Source: Massalongia carnosa (Eukaryota). From it: a stretch of DNA of 64,000 nucleotides. Location: assembly GCA_965645245.1 (NCBI GenBank), contig OZ287068.1:1798001-1862000 (forward strand), in the 5' to 3' direction. The notes beneath the pieces are model-generated. The model was given only the letters and a program-made list of their open reading frames with translations. It had not been told where the DNA came from and ran no database searches. Shown in pieces: positions 1 through 14,423 of this stretch; the first letter of the stretch is position 1; every line of letters begins with the position of its first letter. Made by a program: the position numbers and the translations under genes.

Positions 1-759
1 TCATAGAATGTGGTTTACGCATACAGAGGAGACAAAAGCGAGTTGGTATTGAAGGTGCTGCGGGGCTTTCAGTACATTGTGGAGAACCTTGTGAAAACAT
101 ATAAGTAAAATATCGAAAAATATAGAGCGGAATAAAATGTACGTAGATGATGTGCTTGCACTGATGGCTTTTTCTGTAATCCGGGCATGTGCACGATGGG
201 ATGCGACTGATGTGGATATTGTATAGATTTCCAGTTGAGCCAGCCATGTCTACCATCTCTTGAGGAACTTGAGCACTACCGCCGCGGGTACGATGAATAA
301 CGAACATCCTGCAGTGAATGAAAGTCAGTTATGCTTGATGCAGATAACGGGAAGGGAGCAGGTCTACCGTTGCGAGATTGCTCGTCCAAGCTTCACATGG
401 AAGCTTCGTGGGGGGGTTTTCCGAAACGGCCTCAATCTTTTCTCTTGACCTGTATCCTTCTTAACTAGTTTTAATCGTTTATTCCGGACGAGAAGCGCCT
501 GTATTTCTTCCATCTGGGTATTATCGTGCTCAATAACTTCCATTTTGGCATTCTCATCCTCTACCATTGCTTTCGGAGTAGAAGCAAGCATTATTTTCTG
601 TTTTTTTGAAGGCGTCTCTAACTTTGAACCATCATCTCTGTCTAGGATCTCAAGGCTTTCGAGCTTCCTCTTCTTGTTCGTAGCGTTTCTCAACATAGAA
701 TTTGCCACTTGTGTTGATTTGGATCGTGTCCGACTCGACAGCGGCAAAGAAGCAGACAT
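1..759 (-). CDS. SWIM zinc-finger protein (fungal SWIM/RING type), 3' part outside window
   Basis: ORF 364..759 splices (GTAGAC...CTGCAG) to an exon reading MFVIHRTRGG...AGSTGNLYNIHISRIPSCTCPDYRKSHQCKHIIY (CxC-x7-CxH SWIM motif), then to VLHNVLKAPQHLQYQLAF. Confidence 0.8.
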
Positions 760-1192
760 GGTGGAAGTCGATAGATTGGTTTACTAGAGATTAAAATTTC
801 TTGCAGTATTGGTAGCAAATGCCTTAGCTCACTATGAATAATTCTGCTACCGCCAGACATTAAAGGCGAAGATAATGAAATGCCCCTCCGGGAGAACATC
901 GGATAATTAGTTGTCCGGGGTTTGCCCGCCCAGCGCAATTATGTCAACTCAGAGATAATCCCCTTATAAAATTCAAATTTCCATCTCTACTTGTCTCCAT
1001 GAATCTATAACTAAATTCCAATAAAGTGGTTTGACTGTTCAATACTACCATACTATTTCTGAATTAAGCCTAAGTTACCTGGAAGAACGCCATCAAATCA
1101 TCGCTAAATAGGGCACAGCTAGTTTTGGGTAATTGTATGAAAAATAGATTTCTCTTGCGTGCTTTGAACAGCGCTTCCGATGATACTTTGCC

Positions 1193-2326
1193 ATGGAAGC
1201 ACTACGAGAACCACATTCCGTTTCCCTGAAAGGTGGAAATGCCCTCTTACTTTGTTTGTTCAGCGATAGCTGATGAGACAATCAGTCTTACGGTTAGTTC
1301 TAGCCTTCACAATAAACGCGATTACTTATATCTTGCAGCTTGTCGAAGCCGTCGTTCGTTCAGCAGTTTCCTCTGCCTCTCCAGCCATCCGGAGGATCTC
1401 ATCCACCAAATGATGAAGAACTAGCAGAAGCTTCGCCCTCCAATGAAATAGATGACAAATTCATTATCAGTCCAATTGTATGTTGCTGAAAAGAGCCAAT
1501 GGTTTGCATTATTCAGGCTCATCTTTCTCGATAGCTTATTCTACCACCAGCCTTTGGCTCTGCGTATGTTGGAGAAACCTTTTCTTGTACGCTTTGTGCA
1601 AACAATGAGCTTGAACTAGGTGACGAAAAGATCGTCACCTCAGTGAAGATGGCAGCAGAAATGCAAGCACCGTCTTTAAAAATTCCGCTGGACCTCATGC
1701 CAATCGACGAAGAAGCTTCGCCTTCACCGGTATCACCGGGAGGCTCGATGCAAAAGATCGTACGTTTTGAGCTGAGGGAAGAGGGCAATCACGTCCTTGC
1801 TGTCAGCCTAAGCTATTCGGAAACCACCATGTCAACAGAAAATTCCGCCTCCAGCGGACGTGTAAGGAGCTTCCGAAAACTATATCAATTCGTTGCACAA
1901 CCATGTCTCAGCGTGAGAACAAAGGTTTCAGAGATCCTGTCTGCAAATGTTGACGATGAGAAACCTAAAGCTTCCAAAATCCAGCAATATGCCTTAGAAG
2001 CTCAATTAGAGAACATGGCGGATGGACCCATAACGTTGCACAAGGTTGCCTTCAGCTCGAAAGCGCCTTTCAAGTCTACGTCAATCAATTGGGACGTGGT
2101 CCAAATAGATCAGGAACAAATTGATCCTCCGATTTTGGCGCCTCGAGAGGTGACGCAGGTGGCATTTTTAGTCGAGCAACAGGATCAGCAGCGCGTTGAT
2201 AATTCTATGAAGGAAACGACCAAGGATGGCAGGACAGTTCTTGGCCAGCTAAACATTTCATGGTGGACCGCCATGGGCGATACAGGCTTCTTAACTACAG
2301 GGTGGTTGATGACACGAAGGCGATGA
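1193..2326 (+). CDS. TRAPPC13: TRAPP complex subunit 13-like (DUF974) protein
   Basis: Spliced N-terminus MEALREPHSVSLKVLRLSKPS, LILPPAFGSAYVGETFSCTLCANNE and the C-terminal ORF 1643..2326 (FELREEGNHVLAV, RSFRKLYQF, LEAQLEN, GQLNISW) match family motifs; exons ~1193-1232, 1286-1292, 1339-1477, 1534-2326. Confidence 0.88.
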
Positions 2327-3824
2327 ACTGTAGCACCCAATACGTACTAATCTCTGGAACTGACGACCTAAAGGCTTGCAATCATGGTAAGTTCTTCACG
2401 CTGATTTCGTGACCTTTTTTGAGCCAAGGCTTCTCAGGTCGGTTCAGGAAACGGCATTCGCAACTCGAAACTCCAAGGGCCTAGGAAACATGCGGCTAAA
2501 TTTATCTCCTGGTTACTCATCACACCTTAGTCACCCACTGTTAGTGCTTATTCTTTGAATACAACATCGTCAGCACAACCGACGAGTGCCTGAAAAGATA
2601 GTTATTTAAGATGATTATGGAACGGGGCTCGGTGCGTTGTTGCAAGGATCTTCCCTCGATCTTCCTAGGTTGGCCTTTGAAACGCTTTCACGATCTCTTG
2701 CTCAGTAGCTCGTTAAGGGTTGAATAGGGGAAATGAGGGGAGCCAAGCGTCAATTGTACGGAGTACACGTCGATTAAAGACTTCTTTTAGGTACCCGTGA
2801 ATGACCGAAAGTAAAACTGGTACCTGAATCCTTGTTCGCAACACGGCGTAGAGGAGTCTAGTATGATGCCTGTCAGGAGATTTGAAACTGCTGGATTACA
2901 TATGATAAAACTGGACTGATCGATATGATGTGAGTAAAAAAGATAAAGGAGTCCCACAAGCAGATCCTTGGAGAGGGCCGAGTGTTTAGTAGCCTAGAAT
3001 AGCATTTCTAACGCAATTCAGGAAGTTTGAAGCGGGGGGCAAACAGCTAGGGGGATTAGGGAGCGGGTTAACTCAGATCTGTAGGCCGAGTTAACGATCT
3101 TGCGTGATGTTTTACAGATGCAAGGAAGAGGAGAAGAAGAAGAAAAAGAAGAAGGAGGGAGAATTGTTTTTGCGTATGCTCGAGGCTATTCTGCTTATAG
3201 TAAAGTTACTTTGTATGTAAGTAATTGTGTCTAGGTACCTATACAGAGTTAGTACCCCCATCACGATCAACGCTCCCTAACACGCTGTACCTGCCTAAGT
3301 GACTAACCAAATAGATACGCATCTCAACCCAACTGGCAAATATGATCCTAGACACTCCCAACACAAATGAAATACTTACTCTCATACAATCAAATGGAAA
3401 CATAACTACCCCCTCATACATCAGGAAAGATACATGGAGAGGCAGCGGCAATTGTATCTGGCGCATGGTTTGAAACGAGGAAGCTCCTGCCTATCTGCAT
3501 CTATCGGTGCATGTGCAGGTCGCCAATAACATTTCTTTCCGTTCAACTCGCTTCACACGACTACTGCGACAGAATCGTATATTTATTTACTCTATCGGCG
3601 TGCTTGTATCCGCCTTATGCGAGATCTGTGCATTCAACAACACCCTATTACACACGATTCTCCTACCTGCAGATGAAAGGAGACGCGTCCAATCTTCACG
3701 AAATTTATTCGAGTGACCGGTCGGTACACCTTTAGCTATCTGTAATGTGAAGATACTATACTAGAAAATTCTTGTTGTGTACTTACCCCACGTTCCTTAC
3801 CCAATTGAACTCCCAATCCACTCA

Positions 3825-6800
3825 ATGGCTCCGCTCCCCCTTACCGATACTTCTTCTGCCCCGCTGGCGGAATGGTTTTTCATATCAGGTACGTATCATG
3901 CCCGCTCGTGCAACGCCTTTGCTGATTTCTCCCCAGGAGTCGATAGCCAACAGCTTAGGTGGGGGAAGGAGGAAGAGCTCGCCAACAACACTCCTCAAGC
4001 ACCCGTCGAACCCACCATCGAGGAAGACAATCTGGAAGAGACGGAGGGCCTATCTTCGGAGTATATGCCCCCTACGCCTCGAAATGGCAAGCGAAACTCA
4101 TACCACCGCCTTTCAAGGCTTTCGGACGACGCGAGATTGTCGATCTCATCATTTTCGCCTGTAGTGGAGAGAAAGGAGACGGACAGCAATAGAAGCAGCA
4201 CGACAATCAAGGGTATTCAGATCAATGGCACAAGCGGGCTTAATGATGTGGACTTTGAGAGAGCGTTACGGAAATTTGCTTCGGAGAGGGACTCGTTCTT
4301 GTCAGATCTCACTTTGAGCGCTGGCGCGGTAGTCCCAAGCCGGCCCAAGCCTCGTCCAAAAACGCAAAGGATTATCAACGAAGATAGCGTTGGCATGAAG
4401 TCGGGAGTTGGCAGCATTAGGCGGCGCATATCATTTCGAGACATGAACAGCATGAAGCGACAATCATCTGTCGCCAGGCAAGGTGAGTTTTCGATTTTAT
4501 GTGCGCAGTATCTGATTCTATGCATCTTTTCTTACAAGAGCTCCTTCGACAGCTTAATCGCTAAGTTTGTTGCTTCTAGCTTCGATTCGCACATCAAAGC
4601 GACTCAGCAACTATAACTCCGTAATTCCTAGCCCTCAACCGCTTAATCCCGAGTCCAACACCCATCCCTTGAAAAGAAGGTTTGAGCCGGTGCTCTTAGA
4701 CCGCTATCCACCCAAAAGTATGGCGGAGGAAACGAAGCGAAGAGGCATCTTTCCGGACTATGTTCCAATGTTTGCGTTCCCCAACGACGTTAACATCGTG
4801 TCGGCGGATGAACGGCCTAGATCTACCTGGCATGGGTTTGCTATGACCTCTGGGGACAACTCTCGGCTGTATGGGATCTGCCTTATTATATGGATGCCCT
4901 TAAATGAGCGAGCGTCTGCTGAATTAGAACGAAAGTGCGAGGAATGGAGACGAGATAATATGACCGACGAGGAGCGGGAATTAGCAAGCAGTCTGGGAGA
5001 AAGATTAGCCGTCGAAAGGGTGAAGCTGTCGCGACTCCTGGCAACCTTGCCTACTGTAGCTTCAGGCTCGTTAGCGAGAGAAAACCTCGAAGATGATATC
5101 AGTGCGGTCGAGGAGAAGATAGGTCTAATGACTGATCTTCTACGGCCTGTCAGGCATGGAGCTGCCTCCAAGATCGATGGACTGACTGACGGCGAAACTG
5201 GTCTTTGGATCCCAAGATCATACGGCATCCTTGGCCGAGACCCGTCGCTCACAAGCTTTTGGAAAGAATGGCTAAGGGCGGTAACCGTCCCAATGACAGA
5301 CGGAGGTGTTCTGAGAGTACCACCAAGCTCACCAAAGATCGGAATGTGGCAGCCATTGGAGAGATATGTTGTGAATCTCTGCGCGGAAGCTTTGAGTCCC
5401 GTATCTTCCAAGACGCAAGTAGAGATAGCAATTAGGGAGCTAAGATTGTTTGCACGAAAAGAAGCCATTAATGAGCTTCCTGGCTCTCGTACTGTAAGCT
5501 CGCTCGTGGACCTTGACAAGACCAAACTAACAACGGCAGACTGATTTGTACGCCCTTTTCAGAGCTCTTTCAATCCCGAACATTGTGGTATTGGTTGAGG
5601 TAAGAATGTTTCTTTCCTGAAGTGACGCCTGCTAATGCACTACAGTTCGCATTGGCCGAGTCGCGTATCATTCTCCTTTCATCTCATACATCAATGCTCC
5701 ACCTCGCAAGTAAAGCTTTGGTCGAGCTTTTATATCCCATGACCTGGGCTGGTGTATTTATCCCAGTTCTTCCAGCAAGACTTATACAGGCTCTAGAGGC
5801 TCCATGTCCATATATTGTAGGAATAGAGCGCCGATACGAAACGATTGAGCTTCCTGAGGACGACTTTGTGCTGGTTGATTTAGACCAAGATGAGATAGAA
5901 TCCACCACGCGACCAACACCTCTACCCAGGCAACAACGGCGCAAATTAACGTCCTTATTGCAATTATCCGCACCGCACCATAATCGATATGGTATTCCAG
6001 TTGGGCCTCCAGCGTATGCAATTGAAGCTTTCCCGTTCGATGCTTTTGCCTCCGAAAATCCCTCTATCTTCAATGTTAATGCTCCCCCAACATCTCTAGC
6101 CAAATTTGCCGGTCTAAATTCAGCCTCCTTTGGCGATAATGTATCCCATTTTGCTCCCAAACCTCCGTTGTTCAATGCATTCTTACAGTCAAAACCCGAA
6201 CGTCCATCAACCAGCTCTACATCCAAAGGGAGCTCTCCTCCTTCGCCCAAAATATCGCCAATATCTGGTTCTTTCCCACCCTTACCCCTCACACCCATTT
6301 CTCGCAATGATTCTGGGTTCGCTATACAAGCTAGTTTACGCGAGAAGCGGTCTGGCCATTTCGACAGCGCCTCTAAGAGAAGCTCCACCTACGGTTTTGA
6401 AAGGGCTCCCACGTTGAGACGTCCAAGTATGCCTCTCAACTGTCATTCATCGAACCATTCTTCGAGTCTTTCAATGACGACGATTTCTACAAATGGCAAT
6501 ACATTGTCAAGTTACGCACCATCTACCTATGCGCAGTCCACTCTAGCAGCTTCGACGATCATGCCTCATGTCCTAATGCAGCCTGTACGAAATACAGAGA
6601 TTACGAGTTGGGTTGAAGGGCACTGCCTTCAGTGGCGTCCCCATGATGATCGCTCCGTTTGCTCTATTTGCGAAGAAAAGGCCGAGGACGGGATTTACAA
6701 GTGTGCTGGCTGTGGTGCAAATGCCCATCCCCGATGTGCCCACCACGTCTGCATCGTTTGCCCCGCTGCTTTTCATCCCGAACAAGTCCGGGCAGCTTTT

Positions 6801-7501
6801 GTTCGGTGCTTTGCGAGTTTGTTCTACACATATCGCAAGTATCTTCAGCCTGCAGCAGGAGACCAGAAGAAAGGGGGGATGATTTATCGTTTCAACATGG
6901 AGGGATTCCTGCGAAGTCTCCCTCACGAAAATGCCGATTATATGCATGTGTTGCAGCAAACCCAAGGTATTTTACGGCATGCGGCTCTGGACTCTGAAGT
7001 GAGATTGACGTCTCGCTAGGTTTTAATGAATTCATCCACGAGCGTGAAACCAAATTGCCCCAGGATCCAGCTATAATGCTCTTCGACCAAGTCATTCTTT
7101 CCAAACGGAATCGTGGCCGCACCTCTCTATTCAGTAAATCAAAAACAAACTTCCTTTCCGACACTTCGGATCATCTCTGGCGTTCGGCAGCCGCAACGCC
7201 ACCCAAAGGAAAGATCCCCGGCGATTATAGAGCCATCATTACTAGAAGTACGCCTTTCTTCTTGCCTTATCCACGTCCATCCCCCTTCTGTCCTAATTGT
7301 TATTCACTCTTTCAAGGGTCATAGAGCCATAACTGATTGTATGCACCAGCCCCCGCTAAACTTGACCCTACCTTGATGAAAGAGCCTCGCGTCATCCAAG
7401 GTGTTCCACGCATTAATACGACCAACGCCCGCCGAAAACCTATCCCTAGCATGCTCGGTCCTATAGATCGGCTAAACGGACTCGCTCAATCCCCGCCCTA
7501 A
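3825..7501 (+). CDS. DENN-domain protein (uDENN/DENN/dDENN, Rab GEF-like) with C1-like Cys/His finger
   Basis: Joined ORFs 3777..4616, 4567..5544, 5622..7019 and 7055..7324; FEPVLLDRYP, FPDYVPMFAFP, ESRIILLSSH, FIPVLP..L.APCPYIVGI DENN motifs; CSICEE..YKCAGC..HPRC finger; last exon ends ...LAQSPP-TAA at 7499-7501. Confidence 0.88.
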
Positions 7502-9320
7502 CCCATTTCGTCTCGTATTTTCTTAATTTGATCCCGTGAGCTAAGACTTGATGCAATGGAAGAATACATCGTAGGCGCTTGAACACTTCGGGAAATGAGG
7601 CAAGGAGATGTGTACGATATCTACTATTTCTTCTTCGACTTTCTTTTTCGTGAATGGATAGAGGCTGGAGTCCGCGGATTCCCCAGCGGCGGGGAGCGTA
7701 AACCTTTGGTTTAGGGCGCTGATTTGGATTAGCGCTTTGGAGAGGGTATTGTGTTATCCATCTGGATGGCGAGGATATCTCCGACAAGGATTTATCCATG
7801 GGGTCCGGCACGATTTACCGCGGGTGCCTTGGCTGCATATGTCGAACGACAGGGAAAAGGAAGAGGAGGAGGTTTTCATCTTTTGTGTTGGAAGCCAACA
7901 GCTCATATCCTGGAAATATCAGGGGACTTGAACGGAGGAGGATGCAGTGGCAAGGGAAGATACGTAGGTAGTCCATGTTGAACGAAATCAAGGAGAGCGA
8001 GATTAAATTCTTATTATTTTGATTGGCTCACTTTCCAGGAAAGGTACAGGGGGAGCACTCGTCGTTGTCGCTTTATATTCGAAATTTCCGTCATATTGAG
8101 ATCACGCCAGCCGAAAGATTCGCTTTCTCGTATTCTGTTTCTGGATTCATCCTTGTAGATATGTTTTTTTTCATTATTTTTATTTTTATTTTTCAATCGT
8201 GTTGGTTGGTTATTTTGGTTTCCACATTTCATTCCTTCCTTTACTCGTTCCATCCTTTCTCCTCATCAATTTTCCTCCTCTTCTTGAAGAACAAAAGGAG
8301 AAAAGAAAAGAAAATTACCGCCTAATTCCTTCCCCCCCCCCCCACAAAAAGAAATAAAGAATGCAAGGTTTTCTTTCACACCTCCTCTCCAATCGTTGTT
8401 GCTGGGAGGAGGACGGACATCCATCAACGTCTCGATCGATTCATAACCTGCGATCTAGTTAGGTAAGGTGGGAACGGGACGAAACATGGTAGCAGAAAGC
8501 AAGGAGGGGGAGAGGGAAGGGAAAGGGATAGATAGGTCTCTCTCTCTCGTGCGCGCGTGTACACGAAATATGTATACACCTCATGGTCTATATAGGTACG
8601 TCGGGGAGTTTCCTAGTTGAGGATATATTATGTTATATCAAGTATAGAGATTTTGTTTGAGGTTCTTTTCTCCTCTCCTTGTAGGTATCTTTCTTTCGTC
8701 CTGGTCAAGGCAAGCAATGCAAAGCGGTTAAGGAGTAACTAGTTAAAACGAGTGATACATAGAGTCACGGCATATGCCAGCCAGAAGGATCAGGCTGTCA
8801 ATTTACCGATCTGGGTCCCTCCCTTCCTACTCTTCCTGTAGGCTTGCCTACCCGTCTGTCTACCTTCATGCGTTCGAGTTATTCTAGGAGGGATTGCGTG
8901 TGTGACAATCATTTCTGTGTGTCCATTTCCAGTTATCCCACCTATCACCCAATCTCCCTAGATCTTCCTCCCTGTTTGCTAACCCCCTACCCTTGTCCTA
9001 CCGACTCCTCCACTTCTGCGCTCGTCCACCAAACCCCCAGCTCCTAGTTCCAGCTTCTCCCCTTCGTTGCAGCACGCGGCACTTTCGTAAGAAAAAACAA
9101 GGGGGTATCATTTCAAATCCCAAACCCCGGCAAAGCCATATCGTCATGAAAGAGATTCATCGTAATCAAATCGTCATCCCTTCGTTTCAAAAAAAATACC
9201 GTAACCAACTCCCCCGGAGCCCCCTCGCCTGATTGCCTGAAGCAAAAAAAGAAAAAAAAGAAAGGGGCCACAAAGTCATCCTGCAGACCGCTAACACCGG
9301 TATGGCCCGTTTTGAAATCA

Positions 9321-12300
9321 TCAACGACGATAAATCATCGTTTGCTGCAAGCTGAGGAGCGAGTCCGCACGCTGAAATACATCCCCTTGAAACGAGCGGT
9401 CAAGACTTGCGCTCACGACCGCGGGCGTGGACGGTACAGTCGCTTGCGCCGCGGGACCTAGAGCTGCGGAGAGCGGGGTGGCGGGGATACTGAGAAGGTA
9501 ATTAGGGGAGGCATTGGAGCCTGAGGAGCCGGGGGCGCGGCGGTGGAAGAGGGTATTATTGTGGCTGTTGTGGTTGTTACTGATATTGTTGCCGTTGTTG
9601 TTGCTTGAGTAACTGTTACTCCCGGTGACAACCGACAAAGAACCTTGCCGATCAGTGGCGGGGTTGTTGTTTAGCAGCAAGCGCATCCAAGGAGAATCCT
9701 TGATATCACTCATGGCTTCACGGGCAGTAACGTGGACCGGACGAAGCGCACGAAGAAGGTCAATGGGAACCAACTCATCGCGCTTGGCGATACGGATGCC
9801 TGTAAGGAGATCGACAACTGAGTTGATGTAGCGCATGCATAGCTTCCAAAATTCCCGAGCATTGCGTACGTTGCCTGGGTCATTAAGCCCCATAGTCGAC
9901 AGCCGCATGTCCAAGCTTTCACACATGTCGAGGCAGAACTCACTGCGCCAGACAAGCTCTGCCCACAAATCGTAAATATTTTGCGGGGCATCTCTGGTCC
10001 GGGCGACAGCAAGGCAATCGTGGAATCGATCGCGGACGTAAGGGATTGCGTCGAGGCCTCTGCTAACAGAATCTTTGAGGCAAAGAAAGATTCTTTCAAA
10101 GAGAACATCTCTCACCGGATCCTCGGGCACTGCCTGACGGGCCAGAATGCTGTGTGATACCGCCATTGTGCTGTTGCTGCGCGAGCGAACCATGAGGGTA
10201 CCTGGCATAGCGAAAGACTCGGTGGATCGAGGAGTGTTGGCAATAGAGCTGGCGCTAGAACCTGTGAGTGTAGTGGTGCGACTGTTGGACCGACTTCGGC
10301 CATTCACATAAAGTGGTACAGAGCTTTGGGCACTTGCGGGTGAGTTAATGACATTAAGGTTGCTTGGCTGCTGAATAGCAGTACCGTTTCTCCATCGCCT
10401 CTCGGGATTAGGGTGTTCCCGCGTTGGGGTAAGGGAACGGTCACGACGCTTTTCACCTTCTTCATGGATGGTTGGGATGCGCTGGTGAAGGACAACTTGT
10501 ATCTCCTTGCTCTGGAACTTAATGCCAAGACTCAAGCAGGCGTTGCGAGCCTCAACGAGACTACCATAGAGCAGCAGGACAAGGGTGCGGATGTATCTTT
10601 GGTCTCCATCAGCCAATAGATGAGGAATATTGCGTTGCAGCTGATGCCCAACCTGTCGGTAAGCAACAATGCAAGCGCTGCAAGCATAGCTCACACTGCT
10701 GTTCGACCTTGCGTTTGCTTCCTTGTTGTCTTGAGATGCGTTGTCGAAGTCATGTAACTCTTGGTCTAGATGTTCGAGCTGACTGGTAGCGTTATGGTAG
10801 ACCCTTTCTAGACTTGATCTTTTAGACGTCCCATCTTTGACTACAAGGATCAAGGTCGAGATGTGCTGATGTACTTGATGGAGCGAGTACAAGACCCCCT
10901 TTGCACCCTCAACGATTGAATCTAGTGACCGTGATGCGCGTCTGTGTTCTGGTAAACTCGATAACCGCCGTACATAGGTGCCTCTCTGACGTTCCTGTTC
11001 GTGCGGGCTTGTGGAAAAACCGTTGCCGCCGTTTCGCACCCCGTTTCCCTGTTTGTCACGTAACACCGAACTGTGGCTTTGTCCACGGAAGTGAAGGCTA
11101 TTTCGGTTAGCTCTAACCTCGTCCAGAGGTCCAAGATCTACGTTCTTTCTTGTCACCATGCCCATTCGTTTGCTCTTGGTATTCTGGGTTGCTTGAAGCA
11201 CACTCTCGCTGTTACTACGATTACGCTCATTACCCATCGAAAGTGGTGCAATTCCTGGACGACGAAGCGCAGCGGTTTGTAAGAATTCATTTTGACCTGA
11301 AACTCCTCGGTAATGAGACCGGGTCGGAATGGGAGGTCGCTGGAAGCCAGCCGATTTGGCGTCTGATGCGTATTCAGACCCATTTGTGCTGGGTTTAACG
11401 GGAAACCGCAGACTTAGATTACGCTTCAGAGGACGAGGTGTGTCAAGAGGACCGTCGCTGCTACAGGTAAGTGTAAGTACGTTTTCATACAGCTATCTTC
11501 TACCGCCCTACCTCGATTCTTCGCCAGATTCTTTTGTCGCAACTTCCGCCTTGAGGTGTTTCTTGATTTTCCTTGTTAAAAGACTTTCCTTCTCATTGTC
11601 CGCCAGAGCTGTCAAGGGTGGAGAAGACGAGCCATCAATCCCATGCACAATCTGCATCAAACCTGGCTTCAGAGGATTTCCCGCAAGCTTCAATATCTTC
11701 AGAGCATCGAGTAGGCCAAGGCACGGAGGCAAATCTCCAATGTTATTGTTTAACAAAGAGAGGACTCTCAGCGCTTTCATGTGTTTTATGTCTTCCCCAA
11801 TTTTGGTAAGTGTGTTGCGACTAAGGTCGAGGATTTCCAACTGTGGGATCTTAAAAATCTGCGTCCCGCTTAGTTGGTTGACAAAGGTATACTTGGTCGC
11901 ATCACTTACTGCTTTTGGGAATTCCTTGAAACGGTTGCCGCGAAGGTTCAGATACTTTAAAGGTGTACACTCAGTAAACCGGTATGGGAGATGCCATATT
12001 TGGTTATGGGCCAACTGCAGTCTAGAGTGTATCAGCATCACCATGCTCATAGAAGCCAGAGCAAGATAGACGGAGCTCCATCCCCAAAGAGAGATCTCAA
12101 GGGGCCATACCTTTCCACGTCTTTTTTTAAAACATCTATAATTTCCTCTGGTATGTTCTCTATGTTCTTATGGCTAAGATCGATTGTCAACTTGGGCTTC
12201 ACCACCTCACCAACTTTCTCACTGCCAGCTAAGGACTGCTGGATCCCAAGCCGCGCAGTATCCACGGAGTCCCGAAACAAGTCAGCCACCTCATGCCGCG

Positions 12301-12523
12301 ATAAGGTGTACGGCATATCTTGAAGTGACTGCTGTGATAGTCCTTCGTGCACCACGGGATAATTATAATCCAGGGGATAACGACTTTCGATATATTAGTA
12401 GGTTTCGGAACGATCATTCAGTCAAAGTTAAACTTACCCGGGATAAGGCTGAGTGCGAAATCCATCGACCGTCTCTGTTACCTCATCCCATCCATCGTTG
12501 TGGCTCGGCGGGTCTCGTGCCAT
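9321..12523 (-). CDS. SOG2: RAM/MOR network leucine-rich repeat protein Sog2
   Basis: N-terminal LRRs (LTIDLSHKNIENIP, LKYLNLRGNRFKEFP, LEILDLSRN, LSLLNNNIGDLP) plus a SOG2-type C-terminus (RRLSSLPE, D.RYIRTLVLLLYGSLVE.RNA, PATPLSAALGPAAQAT); start inferred at MARDPPSH. Confidence 0.88.
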
Positions 12524-13311
12524 TGTGGAAGGACGATGCTCATGAGGGGGATGGGAATGCGCAGGAGGTGTGAGTAGTTCGCCAGTATCACCCAACTGTT
12601 TTGAAAGCCGAAGAAGTCCTAACTTAAGGCTGAAGGCACTTTATGCAGGTACCGACAGTTCTGACGCTGAAAGCCGTGAAAAGCGTGAAAAGCCAAGCCG
12701 CTAAGCCATTATCGTGTCTAGCCGGCGCTAGCAGGGATATCTGTCATGTCCGAACTCCGAGAGGATATCAGTGGTAGGTAAGGCGTGGTGCATCACGTGG
12801 GACAAGGGAGTCATCATAGGGGATGCGGTTACCCAGGTCCTCAACCATTTGACTGGCCCAACCTCAAAAAGCATGTTGCTCATGTTGCCCACATGACCCA
12901 TCATGGAAGTCTGATGGGTTAGTACTTTATACAAACCCTGATATTCAGTGGACGGTGGAGAAAAAATCCCGAGCTTGGCTACAAAGCTATATTGAACTTG
13001 CATGGGAGAGCTGAAAAGGGGGATTCAGGTTGAGTACTCTGTACAAGTGTAGAACGTATGCTTTGAAGAATTTAATCGCTGCACAAAGCTCCCCATCATA
13101 TTGAGGAACGTTCTTGCCCCTAGATCCCATCCTTGATGCTGCCATGAGGGTTTTTTGTGCGGCAAAGCGAGGTCTTTCGACCGATCAACTAACTCGCCAT
13201 CTGTACCAAGCATGAATTAAAAGAGAAGGAATGGTAGCCAGAGATTTGGTCCAGATCGAATATTTACTTACCCTGAAAATCAGCCTTAGGGAAGCGTGGA
13301 GTCAGCGCGTC

Positions 13312-14111
13312 TCAAAAGGCTTCAGTCTTCCCTTCAGCTACAGGAACGTTCTCCCCCTCCTCCTCCTCCTCCCCCCGGTCTTCTGACTCTTCCGTTGCTC
13401 GATCTTTCGGGTTATTCACCGTGTACATTGAAGCCTGAATTTGGGCCGTGAAAATAATCTCCTTAGACGCCCATGCCTTCCATCTTTCGTACTCTTGGTC
13501 TTCCAACTCCATTCCCACCTCCAGGTTTGTTTTACCAAAATATGCCCCTGTGGCGAGCGCCTCTTCCTTCGCCACTCGCCGTTCGACGTCTTCTCGTAGC
13601 CTTAGGGCGTAGAATTCTTTCCGCGCTTGATCATATGCTTTGGCCGGCGTAATGCCAGGCTTATTGTGAAGAAGCCACATCTGTCGTTGTACCACGCTAT
13701 CTATTATTAGCATTTCCCTAGAATGGGTTCAAGGAGAACCTACCTTTCGCCACTGAGTCGTTTGTGGGGCTGCATAATCTTGCTCCAGTCATCCTTCTCG
13801 GCATCTCTTCCATCATCCTCAATTACCATACGAGGCCTTGCAAGCTCCCATGGATGATCTTGGAAGAATGCCCTTCTTAGAGCATCCTCTTCATAGACGA
13901 TTTTTGTAGGTCGGAACAATTTGCTGGGTTTCTTGGTTTTGGATCTCCATACGGACTCTTTGTGCTGCAAAGGCTGTGTTCGAACCAAAGTCTGAGCTGG
14001 GGGGATTCTACCGACGATGTTAAACCAAGGAGGGGCCCCGTTGCCTCGCACGGCTAGCAGCTGAGTGGCAGTTTGGTGGACTCGGAGGGGACGCAAGTCG
14101 TACCGGCCCAT
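13312..14111 (-). CDS. RSM25: Mitochondrial small ribosomal subunit protein mS23 (Rsm25)
   Basis: [11 protein letters not shown]..., [50 protein letters not shown]; one intron ~13699-13744. Confidence 0.93.
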
Positions 14112-14423
14112 TACAAGGCCTCTTTAAAACAAAAGGGTTGATGATAGCAGCATTTAGCAGCTTGCACGATTGGTTTATTTACTAAAAATACAGTTGCGCC
14201 CAAGGATCTGTATATATTAAGAAAAGCCGGAAAGGGATCAACTTTCTTGCGTTAACGGCAGTTCCCGCAAATCTTCTCCAGATTATCGGCTCAACTCTTT
14301 TGAAATCACAGGAATTTTCCTTTCACGTTCTATCAATGTCATAGTCAACAGTGAAGCTCCTAAGGGAGCATATTTCTTTTAATGGATCAGCAGCTACCCA
14401 TATAAAATCATGTTGTACACTTC

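Noticed and set aside
3889..3936. 48-nt stop-free in-frame first intron of the DENN gene as a regulated retention event
   Set aside because: Short stop-free 3n introns arise often by chance; no further support
4758..6388. Long antisense ORFs (255 and 234 aa) in the DENN gene; likewise those over SOG2, GLR1, KEX1 and ACO2
   Set aside because: Shadow ORFs mirroring the sense codon frame, with no independent motifs
7500..9320. Short ORFs, homopolymer runs and simple repeats between DENN and SOG2
   Set aside because: Consistent with long convergent 3' UTR or intergenic low-complexity DNA; no tRNA, riboswitch or snoRNA boxes found by eye
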